DNA of 40,250 nucleotides from a virus. Lineage: Duplodnaviria; Caudoviricetes. The DNA is taken from positions 1-40,250 of the IMG/VR virus record IMGVR_UViG_3300031466_000102; one strand, given 5' to 3'. Both the position numbers and the translations under genes were made by a program. The notes beneath the pieces are model-generated. The model made no database searches and was not told the origin of the DNA. It worked only from the letters and a program-made list of their open reading frames with translations. Below are positions 27,906 to 37,143 of this stretch, piece after piece; positions within the stretch are counted from its first letter, which is position 1, and every line of letters begins with the position of its first letter.

Positions 27906-28265
27906 ATGAACATCGAACACCACCGTCGAGCGATCGAACGAATGTACACGGATCGGGCGAATGTGTATCGGTATGTTCAAGTCAAAGACCCGGTCACTAA
28001 GGAAACGAAACAGATTCTACAGTCGATTTATTCAGAACAGCCCTGCCATATTTCGCAGCGCGCGCTGGCTGCGAACAATCAGACCGATGCACAGAACGAG
28101 ATTCAATATGAAACAAAACTGTTCATCGCACCAGAACTCGATATCCGTCAGGGAGATTTGCTTGAGGTAACACGCGGAACCGTGACGCGTCGATACACTT
28201 CTGGCGAACCGTTCTTGTATCCGACCCATCAGGAAATCAGCCTTCAGCGCAAGGAGTGGGCCTGA
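27906..28265 (+). CDS. head closure protein (XkdH-like)
   Basis: QPC.IS, KLFIAPE.DI..GD, YPTHQE. Confidence 0.75.
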   Translation: MNIEHHRRAIERMYTDRANVYRYVQVKDPVTKETKQILQSIYSEQPCHISQRALAANNQTDAQNEIQYETKLFIAPELDIRQGDLLEVTRGTVTRRYTSGEPFLYPTHQEISLQRKEWA

Positions 28266-28699
28266 TGCCCAAGTGGGGGAAATTCGACTTCAGTGAGTTT
28301 GAGAAGCTGGCTAAGACATTTAAGAAGGCGCTGGACGAGCGCGTCATCGAGCGGTTCATCCAGGACTTTCTTCTGGAAATGGCGTTTCGAGCAGAGCGTA
28401 AGATCAAAAAACGAACGCCTGTTGATACCGGTGAGCTTCGCCGGAATTGGCAAGTTGGTCGGGTAGAACGCCGTGGAAATGCGTATCAGGTTGAGATCTT
28501 CAACAACACGCACTACGCTCAATTCGTCGAATATGGTCACCGAACCGGTGCTGATTTGACGAAATGGGTTGAGGGCCGGTTCATGATGACCATCTCTATG
28601 CAGGAGATCGAACGCGAACTGCCTCGCTACTTGGAAAAGCGCGTTGCGCAACTTTTGAATGATATTATGAATGGCCGCCCGCCTAAGAAGGGGGATTGA
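28265..28699 (+). CDS. HK97 gp10-family neck protein
   Basis: TPVDTGELRRNW, YA.FVEYGHR, WVEGRFM. Confidence 0.88.
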   Translation: MPKWGKFDFSEFEKLAKTFKKALDERVIERFIQDFLLEMAFRAERKIKKRTPVDTGELRRNWQVGRVERRGNAYQVEIFNNTHYAQFVEYGHRTGADLTKWVEGRFMMTISMQEIERELPRYLEKRVAQLLNDIMNGRPPKKGD

Positions 28700-28700
28700 G

Positions 28701-28952
28701 ATGGCTAAAATTATTAGATTCAAGACTCCACAGGATAACTTAGTTGAAGCATTGGAAAATCTTCTGGAAATGGCGAAAAAAGGAGAAATTACTAACTTTA
28801 TCTTTGCATCTAAGTGTTCAGACGGAAATATTGCTACTAGTTGGTCGAACGCCGATGTTGGAGAGCGAAACGAGTTGGTCGCCCATCTTCAAATTGACGT
28901 GATGTATGCGGTCGTCGAGGCAAATATGGATCGGTTGGTGGAGCGTATATGA
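28701..28952 (+). CDS. hypothetical protein in neck module
   Basis: AAGGGGG RBS, overlaps next start. Confidence 0.7.
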   Translation: MAKIIRFKTPQDNLVEALENLLEMAKKGEITNFIFASKCSDGNIATSWSNADVGERNELVAHLQIDVMYAVVEANMDRLVERI

Positions 28953-29383
28953 GTCAACCTGTAACAATAAATGACGTCCGGTACGCCGTAAATGCCGCAC
29001 TGGATGCCGCGTTTCCGGATATCCCAATTATGGTTGAAGAGATCAAGCAGGGTCTGACACCGCCCTGCTTTTTCGTTCGCCTGTTGGAACCGGAACACAC
29101 GCAAGAACTCGGCCGCCGGTTCTTCCGGTACCACCCATTCGCGGTCCGATACTTCGCTCCAGAACGTAGCAATGAGAATATGTACAACATGGCCGAGCAG
29201 TTGACGGAGGCGTTGCAGCAGATCGAAGTGGCTGGTCGCCCGTTGCGCGGGACGGGAATGCGGTTTGAAATCATTGACGAGGTTCTGCATTTCTTCGTCG
29301 AATACAATTTTCACGTTTGGTCGCCCAGGTCGGATGAACCGACGATGGCGACGTTGGACGTTGAGGAGGGAATTAAAACATGA
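28949..29383 (+). CDS. tail terminator (XkdJ-like)
   Basis: IKQG...PCFF, VLHFFV; position before sheath. Confidence 0.75.
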   Translation: MSQPVTINDVRYAVNAALDAAFPDIPIMVEEIKQGLTPPCFFVRLLEPEHTQELGRRFFRYHPFAVRYFAPERSNENMYNMAEQLTEALQQIEVAGRPLRGTGMRFEIIDEVLHFFVEYNFHVWSPRSDEPTMATLDVEEGIKT

Positions 29384-29562
29384 CCAAACAGAAATCTGAA
29401 CCTGCTGCGCCAGTTTACACTAAGGCGCAGTTTTTAGCTTCTAATCAGTTCACGCCAATCCAGAAGGACGTACTTCGTGCGATTCTGAAAGACGGTGAAA
29501 CATACACACATGAGCAAGTACAAAAGATGATTGAGGATTTTGCTAAAAGGAAGGTGAAATAA
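29380..29562 (+). CDS. small pre-sheath protein
   Basis: YTKAQFL.S..F..KDVL.A.L.DG..YT. Confidence 0.75.
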   Translation: MTKQKSEPAAPVYTKAQFLASNQFTPIQKDVLRAILKDGETYTHEQVQKMIEDFAKRKVK

Positions 29563-29563
29563 C

Positions 29564-30880
29564 ATGCCAGAAGGACAATGGCACGTACAGAACAAAGTTC
29601 GCCCAGGAGTATATATCAATTTCAAAAGTGAAAAACAGGCACTTGGAACGCTTGGTGAGCGTGGCATCGTGAGTCTGCCCCTGTCGCTTTCCTGGGGACC
29701 TGCGAAGCAAGTGATTGCAGTCGAAGCAGGCGCTGATACGTTCGATACACTAGGCTATCCGATTACGGATCCGAAACTGCTGCTCGTCAGGGAGGCATTG
29801 AAGCGTGCCCGAATGTTGCTTCTGTACCGACTCAACACTGGTACTCAGGCAACGGCCACGATCGGTGATCTAACCGTAACGGCTAAATACGGCGGCACTC
29901 GTGGGAACGATATCAGCATCGTAGTACAGACTAATATCGACAATCCGGCCAAATTCGACGTGAAAACGCTCGTCGCAGGTGTGGAAGTCGATTCACAGAC
30001 CGTCGAAAATATTGGAGCACTCCAATCGAATAATTGGGTTAATTTCAGTGGCAGCGGAGAATTGACGACGACCGCCGGTACTCCGCTCACCAGCGGCACC
30101 GACGGTACGGTGACGGCACAGGACTATCTCGATTACCTAACTGCAATCGAAGTACATGATTTCAACACAATCGGCCTAACAGCTACGGATACGACGACCA
30201 AAGACGTATTCGTCTCCTTCTGCAAAAGACTACGAGATGATGAAGGCAAGAAGATCCAAGTTGTCATGGAAAACTACCCCTCTGCTGACTACGAGGGTGT
30301 GATTAGTGTCAAAAATGGGGTCGTGCTTGCAGATGGGACTACACTTTCTGCGGCTCAAGCAGTTGCTTGGGTGGCCGGGGCGACGGCCGGAGCCGCAGCC
30401 AACCAGTCGCTCACCTACGACGCATACGATGGGGCTGTGGATGTAGCACCGAAGTACACGAATAGCCAGATCATCGCGGCGCTGCAGGCTGGGGAATTCG
30501 TGTTCACGGCGATGGATGGTCGGGCTGTGGTAGAGCAGGATATCAACACACTGCACACGTTCACGCCGACGAAGAGCAAGGCATTCAGCAAAAACCGCGT
30601 TCTCCGCGTGCTGGATGGCTTGGCGAACGATTACATGCGCACGTTCAGCCGTTCGTACATCGGCAAGGTGCCGAACAATGACGACGGGCGTAATTTGTTC
30701 AAGTCCGAAATCATCAACATCACGAACCAGTACCAGAACATCGGCGCGGTGCAGAACTTCAATCCACAGACGGATCTGGAAGTGCTGCCCGGTGCGGATT
30801 CGGATGCCGTCGTTGTGAACCAGTGGGTACAGCCGGTCGATAGTGTCGAAAAAATCTACATGACCGTGACGGTACGGTAA
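29564..30880 (+). CDS. contractile tail sheath (XkdK-like)
   Basis: QNKVRPGVYINF, TAKY.G.RGN, KNRV.RVLD, EKIYM. Confidence 0.93.
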   Translation: MPEGQWHVQNKVRPGVYINFKSEKQALGTLGERGIVSLPLSLSWGPAKQVIAVEAGADTFDTLGYPITDPKLLLVREALKRARMLLLYRLNTGTQATATIGDLTVTAKYGGTRGNDISIVVQTNIDNPAKFDVKTLVAGVEVDSQTVENIGALQSNNWVNFSGSGELTTTAGTPLTSGTDGTVTAQDYLDYLTAIEVHDFNTIGLTATDTTTKDVFVSFCKRLRDDEGKKIQVVMENYPSADYEGVISVKNGVVLADGTTLSAAQAVAWVAGATAGAAANQSLTYDAYDGAVDVAPKYTNSQIIAALQAGEFVFTAMDGRAVVEQDINTLHTFTPTKSKAFSKNRVLRVLDGLANDYMRTFSRSYIGKVPNNDDGRNLFKSEIINITNQYQNIGAVQNFNPQTDLEVLPGADSDAVVVNQWVQPVDSVEKIYMTVTVR

Positions 30881-30893
30881 GGGGTGAATAATA

Positions 30894-31358
30894 GTGTTCT
30901 TTCAAGATAGTGATGCAATAAGTGGGAAACAAGCAAGAGCATATGCTACGATTAACGGCCGCGTTGAAGAATTGTTTTACGCCAAATCTATTGAAGCTAC
31001 CATTGAGAAAAATAAAGTAGATGTTCCGATTCTAGGAAAAACTAAGACACCTCAACGTTCTGCTGGTTGGAGTGGAAGTGGCACCTTAACAATTTATTAT
31101 GTAACGTCACTTTTTAGGCGTTTAATGATCGAATACATTAAAACTGGCCGTGATTTCTGGTTTGACCTGCAAGTTGTGAATGAAGATCCACAATCCAGCG
31201 CAGGTAAACAGACAGTAATTCTAAGAAACTGCAATTTAGACAGCGTAACGATTGCCAAATTCGATGCGACTACTGACGACATGCTTGACGAAGAATTACC
31301 GTTTACGTTTGACGACGTTGATATGCCAGATGAATTTAAAACTATTACAGGCGCCTAA
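30894..31358 (+). CDS. tail tube protein (XkdM-like)
   Basis: GSGTLTIYYVTS.F, NEDP.S.AG.Q, FTFDD. Confidence 0.92.
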   Translation: MFFQDSDAISGKQARAYATINGRVEELFYAKSIEATIEKNKVDVPILGKTKTPQRSAGWSGSGTLTIYYVTSLFRRLMIEYIKTGRDFWFDLQVVNEDPQSSAGKQTVILRNCNLDSVTIAKFDATTDDMLDEELPFTFDDVDMPDEFKTITGA

Positions 31359-31372
31359 TTTGGGCGCCTTTT
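31349..31372 (+). terminator. hairpin after tube gene
   Basis: aggcgcc/ggcgcct + ttt. Confidence 0.6.
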
Positions 31373-31390
31373 ACTATGGAGGGATGAAAG

Positions 31391-31813
31391 ATGAGTAGTT
31401 TACAAGCTTTTTTCGCGCAGAACGTTAAGTCTGATATCATAGAGGAATTTGTTGTGTCGGAGCGATTCAGGGACGAAAACGGAAAGCCGATTCCTTGGAA
31501 GATTCGGGCCATTACCGAAGAAGAAAATGAGCAGATCAGAAAAGCAGCTACGCAAGTAGTCAAAGAAAAAGGTGGAAGGCGCAATGTTGAAATTCAGCCG
31601 GAAGTTTATCTGGCGAAAGTCGCCACAGCAAGTGTGGTATTTCCTGACTTAAAGAACGCCGAACTGCAAAAGTCTTATGGCGTTATGGGCGCAGAAGATT
31701 TGCTCAAAAAAATGCTTCTGTCTGGCGAATATGCGACACTTATCCAAAAAGTGCAAGAAGTTAACGGATTCGACCGTGATATTAACGACCTCATGGATGA
31801 GGTAAAAAACTAA
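31391..31813 (+). CDS. tail assembly chaperone (XkdN-like)
   Basis: SERF.DE.G..I.W, VVFPDL...ELQ.SYG, ends EVKN. Confidence 0.88.
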   Translation: MSSLQAFFAQNVKSDIIEEFVVSERFRDENGKPIPWKIRAITEEENEQIRKAATQVVKEKGGRRNVEIQPEVYLAKVATASVVFPDLKNAELQKSYGVMGAEDLLKKMLLSGEYATLIQKVQEVNGFDRDINDLMDEVKN

Positions 31814-31998
31814 TCCGGGAGGGCGATGGTGAGTGGAATTACGCTTACTACGCTCTCCATAAGCTTCATATACTACCATGGGATCTTGCAAATTATGATG
31901 ATTTCCAGAAAGCGGCTTTGTATGCAATGATTGATGAACGAATCCAAGCAGAGAGAGAAGCAGAGAAAAAAGCTGAAGCAAAAATGAAACGAAAATAA
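31804..31998 (+). CDS. -1 frameshift extension of tail chaperone (G-T type)
   Basis: A AAA AAC slippery site before TAA; -1 frame LIREGDGEWNYAYYALHKLHILP..YAMIDERI..KRK. Confidence 0.8.
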   Translation, partial: KKLIREGDGEWNYAYYALHKLHILPWDLANYDDFQKAALYAMIDERIQAEREAEKKAEAKMKRK

Positions 31999-32065
31999 CC
32001 CCTCTCTGTATCTCGTAAATTGTGGTAAAATGTTGGAAAATTCACTTTACGAGGGAGGGAATATT

Positions 32066-32413
32066 ATGGGGGCAAAGAACGCAGTAGTTGCAGGTGATTA
32101 TGAAGGTAAAAAGTTTGTTAACAGTTCAAAAGGTATTATACTTGCGATTAGTTTAACGAAAAGTATTACTCTTAATAAGGACACTGTGGAATCCTACGAA
32201 GTGATGGACGAAAGTAGCAAGACTAGCGCGGTAAGTGCAGTAAGTAGAGGTTTAGTTGGATCTTTTTTGCTTGGTCCTGTTGGACTTCTTGCAGGCATAA
32301 GCGCAAAAAAGAAAGGTGTTCATGTTGTTGCCATTCAGTTTAAAGATGGAAAAAAGAGTTTAATAGAGATAGACGACAAATTATACAAAACATTAATGAA
32401 AACTTTGTTCTAA
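32066..32413 (+). CDS. moron protein between chaperone and tape measure
   Basis: Own TGGTAAAAT -10, RBS and terminator; glycine-zipper GLVGSFLLGPVGLLAG. Confidence 0.8.
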   Translation: MGAKNAVVAGDYEGKKFVNSSKGIILAISLTKSITLNKDTVESYEVMDESSKTSAVSAVSRGLVGSFLLGPVGLLAGISAKKKGVHVVAIQFKDGKKSLIEIDDKLYKTLMKTLF

Positions 32414-32428
32414 CTTTATTTCAAAGGT

Positions 32429-32454
32429 CACCCTACATGAGGGTGTCTTTTTTT
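32429..32454 (+). terminator. intrinsic terminator
   Basis: caccct/agggtg + T-run. Confidence 0.75.
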
Positions 32455-32478
32455 CATGCACGAAAGGCGGTGATTTCT

Positions 32479-34509
32479 TTGCCTACCGTATCTTCAACTC
32501 TAAAAATGTTCGATGCGATGAGTAGTCCACTAAAAAATATTACTAATGCTCTGAATATAATGGTTTCCACAATGCAGAAAATGCAAGAAGCAACAAACAA
32601 AGACGTTAATGTTGACAAAATGCTCATTGCAGCTAAAGGGCAAATCGCATCGGCGGAAGCACAAATCCAACAAGCCATTGATAAAGCTAATGAATCACAA
32701 CAGCGATTTAATCGCTCTGTTCAAGAAGGGGAAACGCAAATCCGACAAGCCATTGATAAGGCTAATGAGTCACAACAGCGATTTAATCGCTCTGTTAAAG
32801 GGGCGAAATCTGAAACACGTCAGTTGCTTTCAACAATTGAAAGGATAGCTACTGTATATCTATCCTTTCAAGGAATACAAAGAACGATAGGAGCTGCAGA
32901 CACCTTCGTTTCTACTCAGGCTCGTCTAAATCTCATTGTTGATGATGAGCAGACGGTCGATCAACTTCAGAACAATATTTTCGCAGCAGCCCAGCGAGCA
33001 CGAGGTGACTTTGTAGCAATGGCTAGTAGCGCCAGCAAACTCGGTTTACTAGCTGGCGACGCTTTTTCAAACACAGATGAAATTGTCGCTTTTACAGAAA
33101 CCATGCAAAAAGCTTTCAAGGTTAGTGGAGCTTCTATCATGGAACAGCAAGCAGGTATGTATCAGCTTACTCAGGCAATGGCCGCAGGTAAACTCCAAGG
33201 TGACGAGTTTCGATCCATCATGGAAAATGCGCCAATGTTGGCTGACGCTATTGCGAAGTTCACCGGAAAAACAAAAGGCGAGTTGAAGGAAATGTCCGCC
33301 GAAGGCACGATCACGGCAGACATCATTAAAGGAGCGCTTTTTACGGCTGCCGATGATATTAATAAAAAGTTTGAAACATTACCTATGACCTTCGGTGACG
33401 TGTTTCAACAAATTAAAAATAACGCATTTCGTGCTTTCGAGCCGGTATTCCAAAGATTGAATGAATGGCTAAATTCAACACAAGGGGCAGCTATGATTCA
33501 ATCGATGAATTATGCTCTACAGTATACAGCTATCGCTGCTGATGCACTAGTAAGTTCTCTTATGTGGATGGGAAGCGTGATTCAATCGAACTGGGGGATT
33601 ATTGAACCGATATTAGTGGCTATTGGTTCGGCATTTGCATTATGGGCACTTACACAGATCCCCTTGCTTATCTCAAAACTCTGGTTGATGGTTCAACCAA
33701 TTCTTGCTCAGGCTGCCGCTTGGGCGATGGCTAACTTACCACTATTACTAATCGGTGCATTAATCGGGTTAATTATCGGCTTATTAATCAAAATGGGAGT
33801 AATAACTGACAAGGTAGTAGGGTTTATAAGTGGAATATTCTCAGCTCTATTTGCTCTTATATACAATATTATAGCCGATATATGGAACGGATTTGCTGGA
33901 TTCGCAGAATTCTTTGCAAACGTTTTTAACCATCCAGTGTATTCTGCGAAAAAACTATTTGCAGACTTTGTTATATCTACGTTAAATATTATTAAGAAAG
34001 TTGCAGAAGCAATTGACTGGGTGTTCGGATCCAATTTAGCTGGTGGTATTACCAAGCTTCAAGACAAAATGATGGATTGGGTTGGTGAAATGCCGGAAGG
34101 GTATAAAGTCCTTGATAGAATGGAGAAAAAATCCATTGGTGACTCCTTTAAAAATGGATATGAAAAAGGAGTAAATTTTGTAAATGGTATAAGCGATGCT
34201 TTAAATGGGTTCAACATTGGTAAAGTTGGTGAGTTATTTACTGGTAATTTTGATATTGCAAACATCGCCAAAGTTGGCGAAGTAGGCAAGATCAGGGATA
34301 CTGTGGATATATCCAGCGAAGATCTGAAAACAATGCGCGAGCTTGCGGAGATGAAGTCAATTCAGAACTTTGTGACGTTGACGCCAACCGTATCCGTCCA
34401 AACCGGGCCAATTCAAAATGGGTACGATGTAGACACTATAGTCGCGCGCATCGAGACGGTACTGACAGAGCAAATCGCTTCTTCGGCGAAAGGGGTGTAT
34501 AACGTATGA
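32479..34509 (+). CDS. tape measure protein
   Basis: QLTQAMA.GKLQGDEF.SIMENAP tape-measure domain, hydrophobic segments. Confidence 0.92.
   Translation: MPTVSSTLKMFDAMSSPLKNITNALNIMVSTMQKMQEATNKDVNVDKMLIAAKGQIASAEAQIQQAIDKANESQQRFNRSVQEGETQIRQAIDKANESQQRFNRSVKGAKSETRQLLSTIERIATVYLSFQGIQRTIGAADTFVSTQARLNLIVDDEQTVDQLQNNIFAAAQRARGDFVAMASSASKLGLLAGDAFSNTDEIVAFTETMQKAFKVSGASIMEQQAGMYQLTQAMAAGKLQGDEFRSIMENAPMLADAIAKFTGKTKGELKEMSAEGTITADIIKGALFTAADDINKKFETLPMTFGDVFQQIKNNAFRAFEPVFQRLNEWLNSTQGAAMIQSMNYALQYTAIAADALVSSLMWMGSVIQSNWGIIEPILVAIGSAFALWALTQIPLLISKLWLMVQPILAQAAAWAMANLPLLLIGALIGLIIGLLIKMGVITDKVVGFISGIFSALFALIYNIIADIWNGFAGFAEFFANVFNHPVYSAKKLFADFVISTLNIIKKVAEAIDWVFGSNLAGGITKLQDKMMDWVGEMPEGYKVLDRMEKKSIGDSFKNGYEKGVNFVNGISDALNGFNIGKVGELFTGNFDIANIAKVGEVGKIRDTVDISSEDLKTMRELAEMKSIQNFVTLTPTVSVQTGPIQNGYDVDTIVARIETVLTEQIASSAKGVYNV
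32656..32805 (+). repeat. 75-bp tandem duplication in TMP
   Basis: EAQIQQAIDKANESQQRFNRSVQEG / ETQIRQAIDKANESQQRFNRSVKGA. Confidence 0.9.
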
Positions 34510-34523
34510 AGGAGGTAATCCAA

Positions 34524-34766
34524 GTGGAAAAGGAAGTTTTTAATATCACTTTGAGCATCAAAGCTGACGAGGCAATTAAAATATTAGAAGAACTTACGAA
34601 ATCCATAAATGCGATCACTGAAAAAATAGAAAGCATAAAAATATTAACACCAACAGTTAATGTCAGTATAGAAAATCAATCTAGCTCTGACATTGATTCA
34701 ATAGTCAATCGCATTACAAGTACATTAGAAGGGCAGATTACTTCTGCTGTGAAAAGTATTTATTAG
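34524..34766 (+). CDS. 80-aa paralog of TMP C-terminal tip
   Basis: AAGGAGGT RBS; LTPTVNV..DIDSIVNRI.S.L..QI.SAVKSIY versus TMP LTPTVSV..DVDTIVARI.T.L..QI.SSAKGVY. Confidence 0.75.
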   Translation: MEKEVFNITLSIKADEAIKILEELTKSINAITEKIESIKILTPTVNVSIENQSSSDIDSIVNRITSTLEGQITSAVKSIY

Positions 34767-34794
34767 GTTAAATATGATGGGGCGCGACTATAAT

Positions 34795-35058
34795 TCACCT
34801 ACCGAACTTTTTAAAGGCTTGTTCTAACTTTTTCATTGATTTATTAAAGTCATCTAGAGCTTTGGTAGAGTTCGCAAGAGTAGTCTTAGTTGTATCATCA
34901 TGAACAATTTCTATTTCTTGCTGACAATGTGGACAAATAATTATACTTCGGTCACTTAATACTTCATTGAATTTAAACGTAAAATTGTGCTGACATGCTG
35001 GACATTCCATATCTAAGTCAGCATCACCAAATAAGTTTTCGATTGATAGGTCTTTCAT
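34795..35058 (-). CDS. antisense Zn-ribbon moron protein
   Basis: CPAC..CPHC, C-terminal helix; AAGGAG RBS at 35070-35065. Confidence 0.8.
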   Translation of the reverse strand: MKDLSIENLFGDADLDMECPACQHNFTFKFNEVLSDRSIIICPHCQQEIEIVHDDTTKTTLANSTKALDDFNKSMKKLEQAFKKFGR

Positions 35059-35096
35059 TATACGCTCCTTGCTTTTGTCGCGCCCCAATGACTATT

Positions 35097-35123
35097 ATTC
35101 TATTTTTGTAAATTTAATCCTTC
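35097..35123 (-). promoter_or_regulatory. sigma-H-type promoter for Zn-ribbon gene
   Basis: Minus strand GAAGGATTA-N11-ATAGAAT. Confidence 0.65.
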
Positions 35124-35142
35124 AATGAAAGAGGGAGTAATA

Positions 35143-35847
35143 ATGACCGATTACGGCATCTGGCTTTCCTGGAACAATCAAGAGGAAGGATTTGAACTGC
35201 CGATCCTCCCGCGCGAGATCGGTCCGAGCATACGCGGGGATGGCGCCGGGCATGACGTTTTCGGCCTAGGAAAAATTAACGTCATTAAGGATCGTGAATT
35301 GGCCGAATACACGATTGAAAGTTTGTTCCCAGCGCAGAGATATCCGTTCGTCACGGCGTCGATCGTACTTGAGCCTAGAGCTTATATTGACTACATCATG
35401 AAATGGTGGGAGACGAAACGGCCTATCCGGTTTGTGTACGTTGGAGCGACAATGGAAATCAACACACCAGCTAGCATCGAGGGGTTTGAATGGAAGGAAG
35501 TCGCCGGCTCTCCCGGGGATATTCAGTTTTCCCTGCGGCTAAAAGAATATCGATTTTATGCGGCAAAAAAGGTGACTGTCGCCAAGCAAACACAACCAAC
35601 TGGAGGTCAAAGTCAAGTCATTCAAAAAACACAACCACCAAGGCCGAACGATAGGCAGCCTCCACAAACATACACATTGGCTCCAGGAGACAATTTAGTA
35701 AAGGTTGCTAAGAAACTGCTTGGAGACGACTCAAAATGGCGGGAGATTCAAAAACTCAATGGCATTTCAGATGCTGAATTAAAAAGGCTTCCCGTTGGAA
35801 AGGTTTTAAGAATCCCTGTTCCATCAGGTGGTGTGGGAATTGCTTGA
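35143..35847 (+). CDS. LysM-containing tail tube initiator (XkdP-like)
   Basis: L.LKEYR, C-term LysM YT...GDNL..VAKK..G...W.EI..LN. Confidence 0.88.
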   Translation: MTDYGIWLSWNNQEEGFELPILPREIGPSIRGDGAGHDVFGLGKINVIKDRELAEYTIESLFPAQRYPFVTASIVLEPRAYIDYIMKWWETKRPIRFVYVGATMEINTPASIEGFEWKEVAGSPGDIQFSLRLKEYRFYAAKKVTVAKQTQPTGGQSQVIQKTQPPRPNDRQPPQTYTLAPGDNLVKVAKKLLGDDSKWREIQKLNGISDAELKRLPVGKVLRIPVPSGGVGIA

Positions 35848-36808
35848 GATAATGCTAGATAATAAGAATGGTAACGTGTGGGATCTCTCGGAAATTGCGA
35901 AGGACCTGACCTGGACAACGACCCGCGTCGGTCGGCCGGCAAGTGTCGACTTCACACTGATCGGCAGCGGAATCTATCAGGATCGGTCGTTCAGTGTCAA
36001 CAACGGCGATATTGTCCGGGTGCGGATGAATCAGACCAACGTGTTCTACGGGTACGTGTTCAGCGTGAAAGTCAATCAGGATGCCGAGATCAGCGTCAAG
36101 GCATACGATCAGGTAAGGTATCTGCTCAACAAGGACACGTATGTGTTCAAGAACGCCACAACGGGCGACGTCATCCGGCGGATTGCCGGCGACTTTAACC
36201 TAAAAGTGGGACGGATCGATGATACCGGATACCGCATCCCGTCAATGGTCGAAGACGGGCAGACGTTGCTCGATATCATCGAGAAGGCGAACACGCTGAC
36301 CATGTCGGCCACCGGACGGTTTTTCGTGTTTTTCGATGATTTTGGCTCTTTATCTTATCGTGATGTTACTAACTTTCAAGCCGGCTTTTACGTCGGTGAC
36401 GGCAGTCTGATGACTGGGTTCGAGTATGGTCGTGACATTGACCAGGACACGTATAATCGGATAAAGCTGTACAGGGACAATAAAGAAACTGGCAAGCGTG
36501 AGCTGTATGTTGCCCAAGACAGTGCAAATATCGCCCGGTGGGGCGTGCTACAGCTGTATGAGTCGGTCGATGAAGGACTGAACGCCGCCCAGATCAACGA
36601 GCTGCTGACGCAGTTGGCTAAACTTAAAAACCGGGAACAAAAAAGTCTTAAAATCGAGGCGATCGGAGACATCCGGGTGCGTGCCGGTATGTATGTGCCG
36701 ATTGTCATCGAGTCGCTCGGGATCAATCAGCCCATGATGGTTGATGAGGTGAAGCACAAATTTGACGGTGAAGATCACACGATGGATCTCACATTGAAGG
36801 TGATATAA
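35840..36808 (+). CDS. baseplate hub (XkdQ-like)
   Basis: AYDQ.RYL.NKDT, FFDDFG.L, WGVLQ, GD.RVRAG. Confidence 0.88.
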   Translation: MLEIMLDNKNGNVWDLSEIAKDLTWTTTRVGRPASVDFTLIGSGIYQDRSFSVNNGDIVRVRMNQTNVFYGYVFSVKVNQDAEISVKAYDQVRYLLNKDTYVFKNATTGDVIRRIAGDFNLKVGRIDDTGYRIPSMVEDGQTLLDIIEKANTLTMSATGRFFVFFDDFGSLSYRDVTNFQAGFYVGDGSLMTGFEYGRDIDQDTYNRIKLYRDNKETGKRELYVAQDSANIARWGVLQLYESVDEGLNAAQINELLTQLAKLKNREQKSLKIEAIGDIRVRAGMYVPIVIESLGINQPMMVDEVKHKFDGEDHTMDLTLKVI

Positions 36809-37143
36809 TGCTGAATGCAATTAGACAGGCCGCCCTCTCGGCCATGGAGGCAGGCAACCCGGTGACTATTATGTTTGGGGTAGTAACCAAAATAAATCCG
36901 CCCGAGGTGAACATCGACCAAAGGTTCACGCTCGACGCGGATTTTTTGATTGTTCCAGAATCGCTCACGCGGTACGAAGTCGACCTGCAACATTCTCATA
37001 CCTCCACAGGTGGGACGACGGACGACGCGCTGACGCAGCCAGTTGTTATCCGCCCTGGTTTGAAGGTCGGTGATCGGGTCATATTACTCCGGATGCAGGG
37101 AGGACAGAAATATCTCATTTTGGATAAGGTGGTGAGCGGATGA
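36808..37143 (+). CDS. baseplate spike-like (XkdR/DUF2577)
   Basis: LKVGD.VILLR.QGGQKY.ILDK. Confidence 0.85.
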   Translation: MLNAIRQAALSAMEAGNPVTIMFGVVTKINPPEVNIDQRFTLDADFLIVPESLTRYEVDLQHSHTSTGGTTDDALTQPVVIRPGLKVGDRVILLRMQGGQKYLILDKVVSG

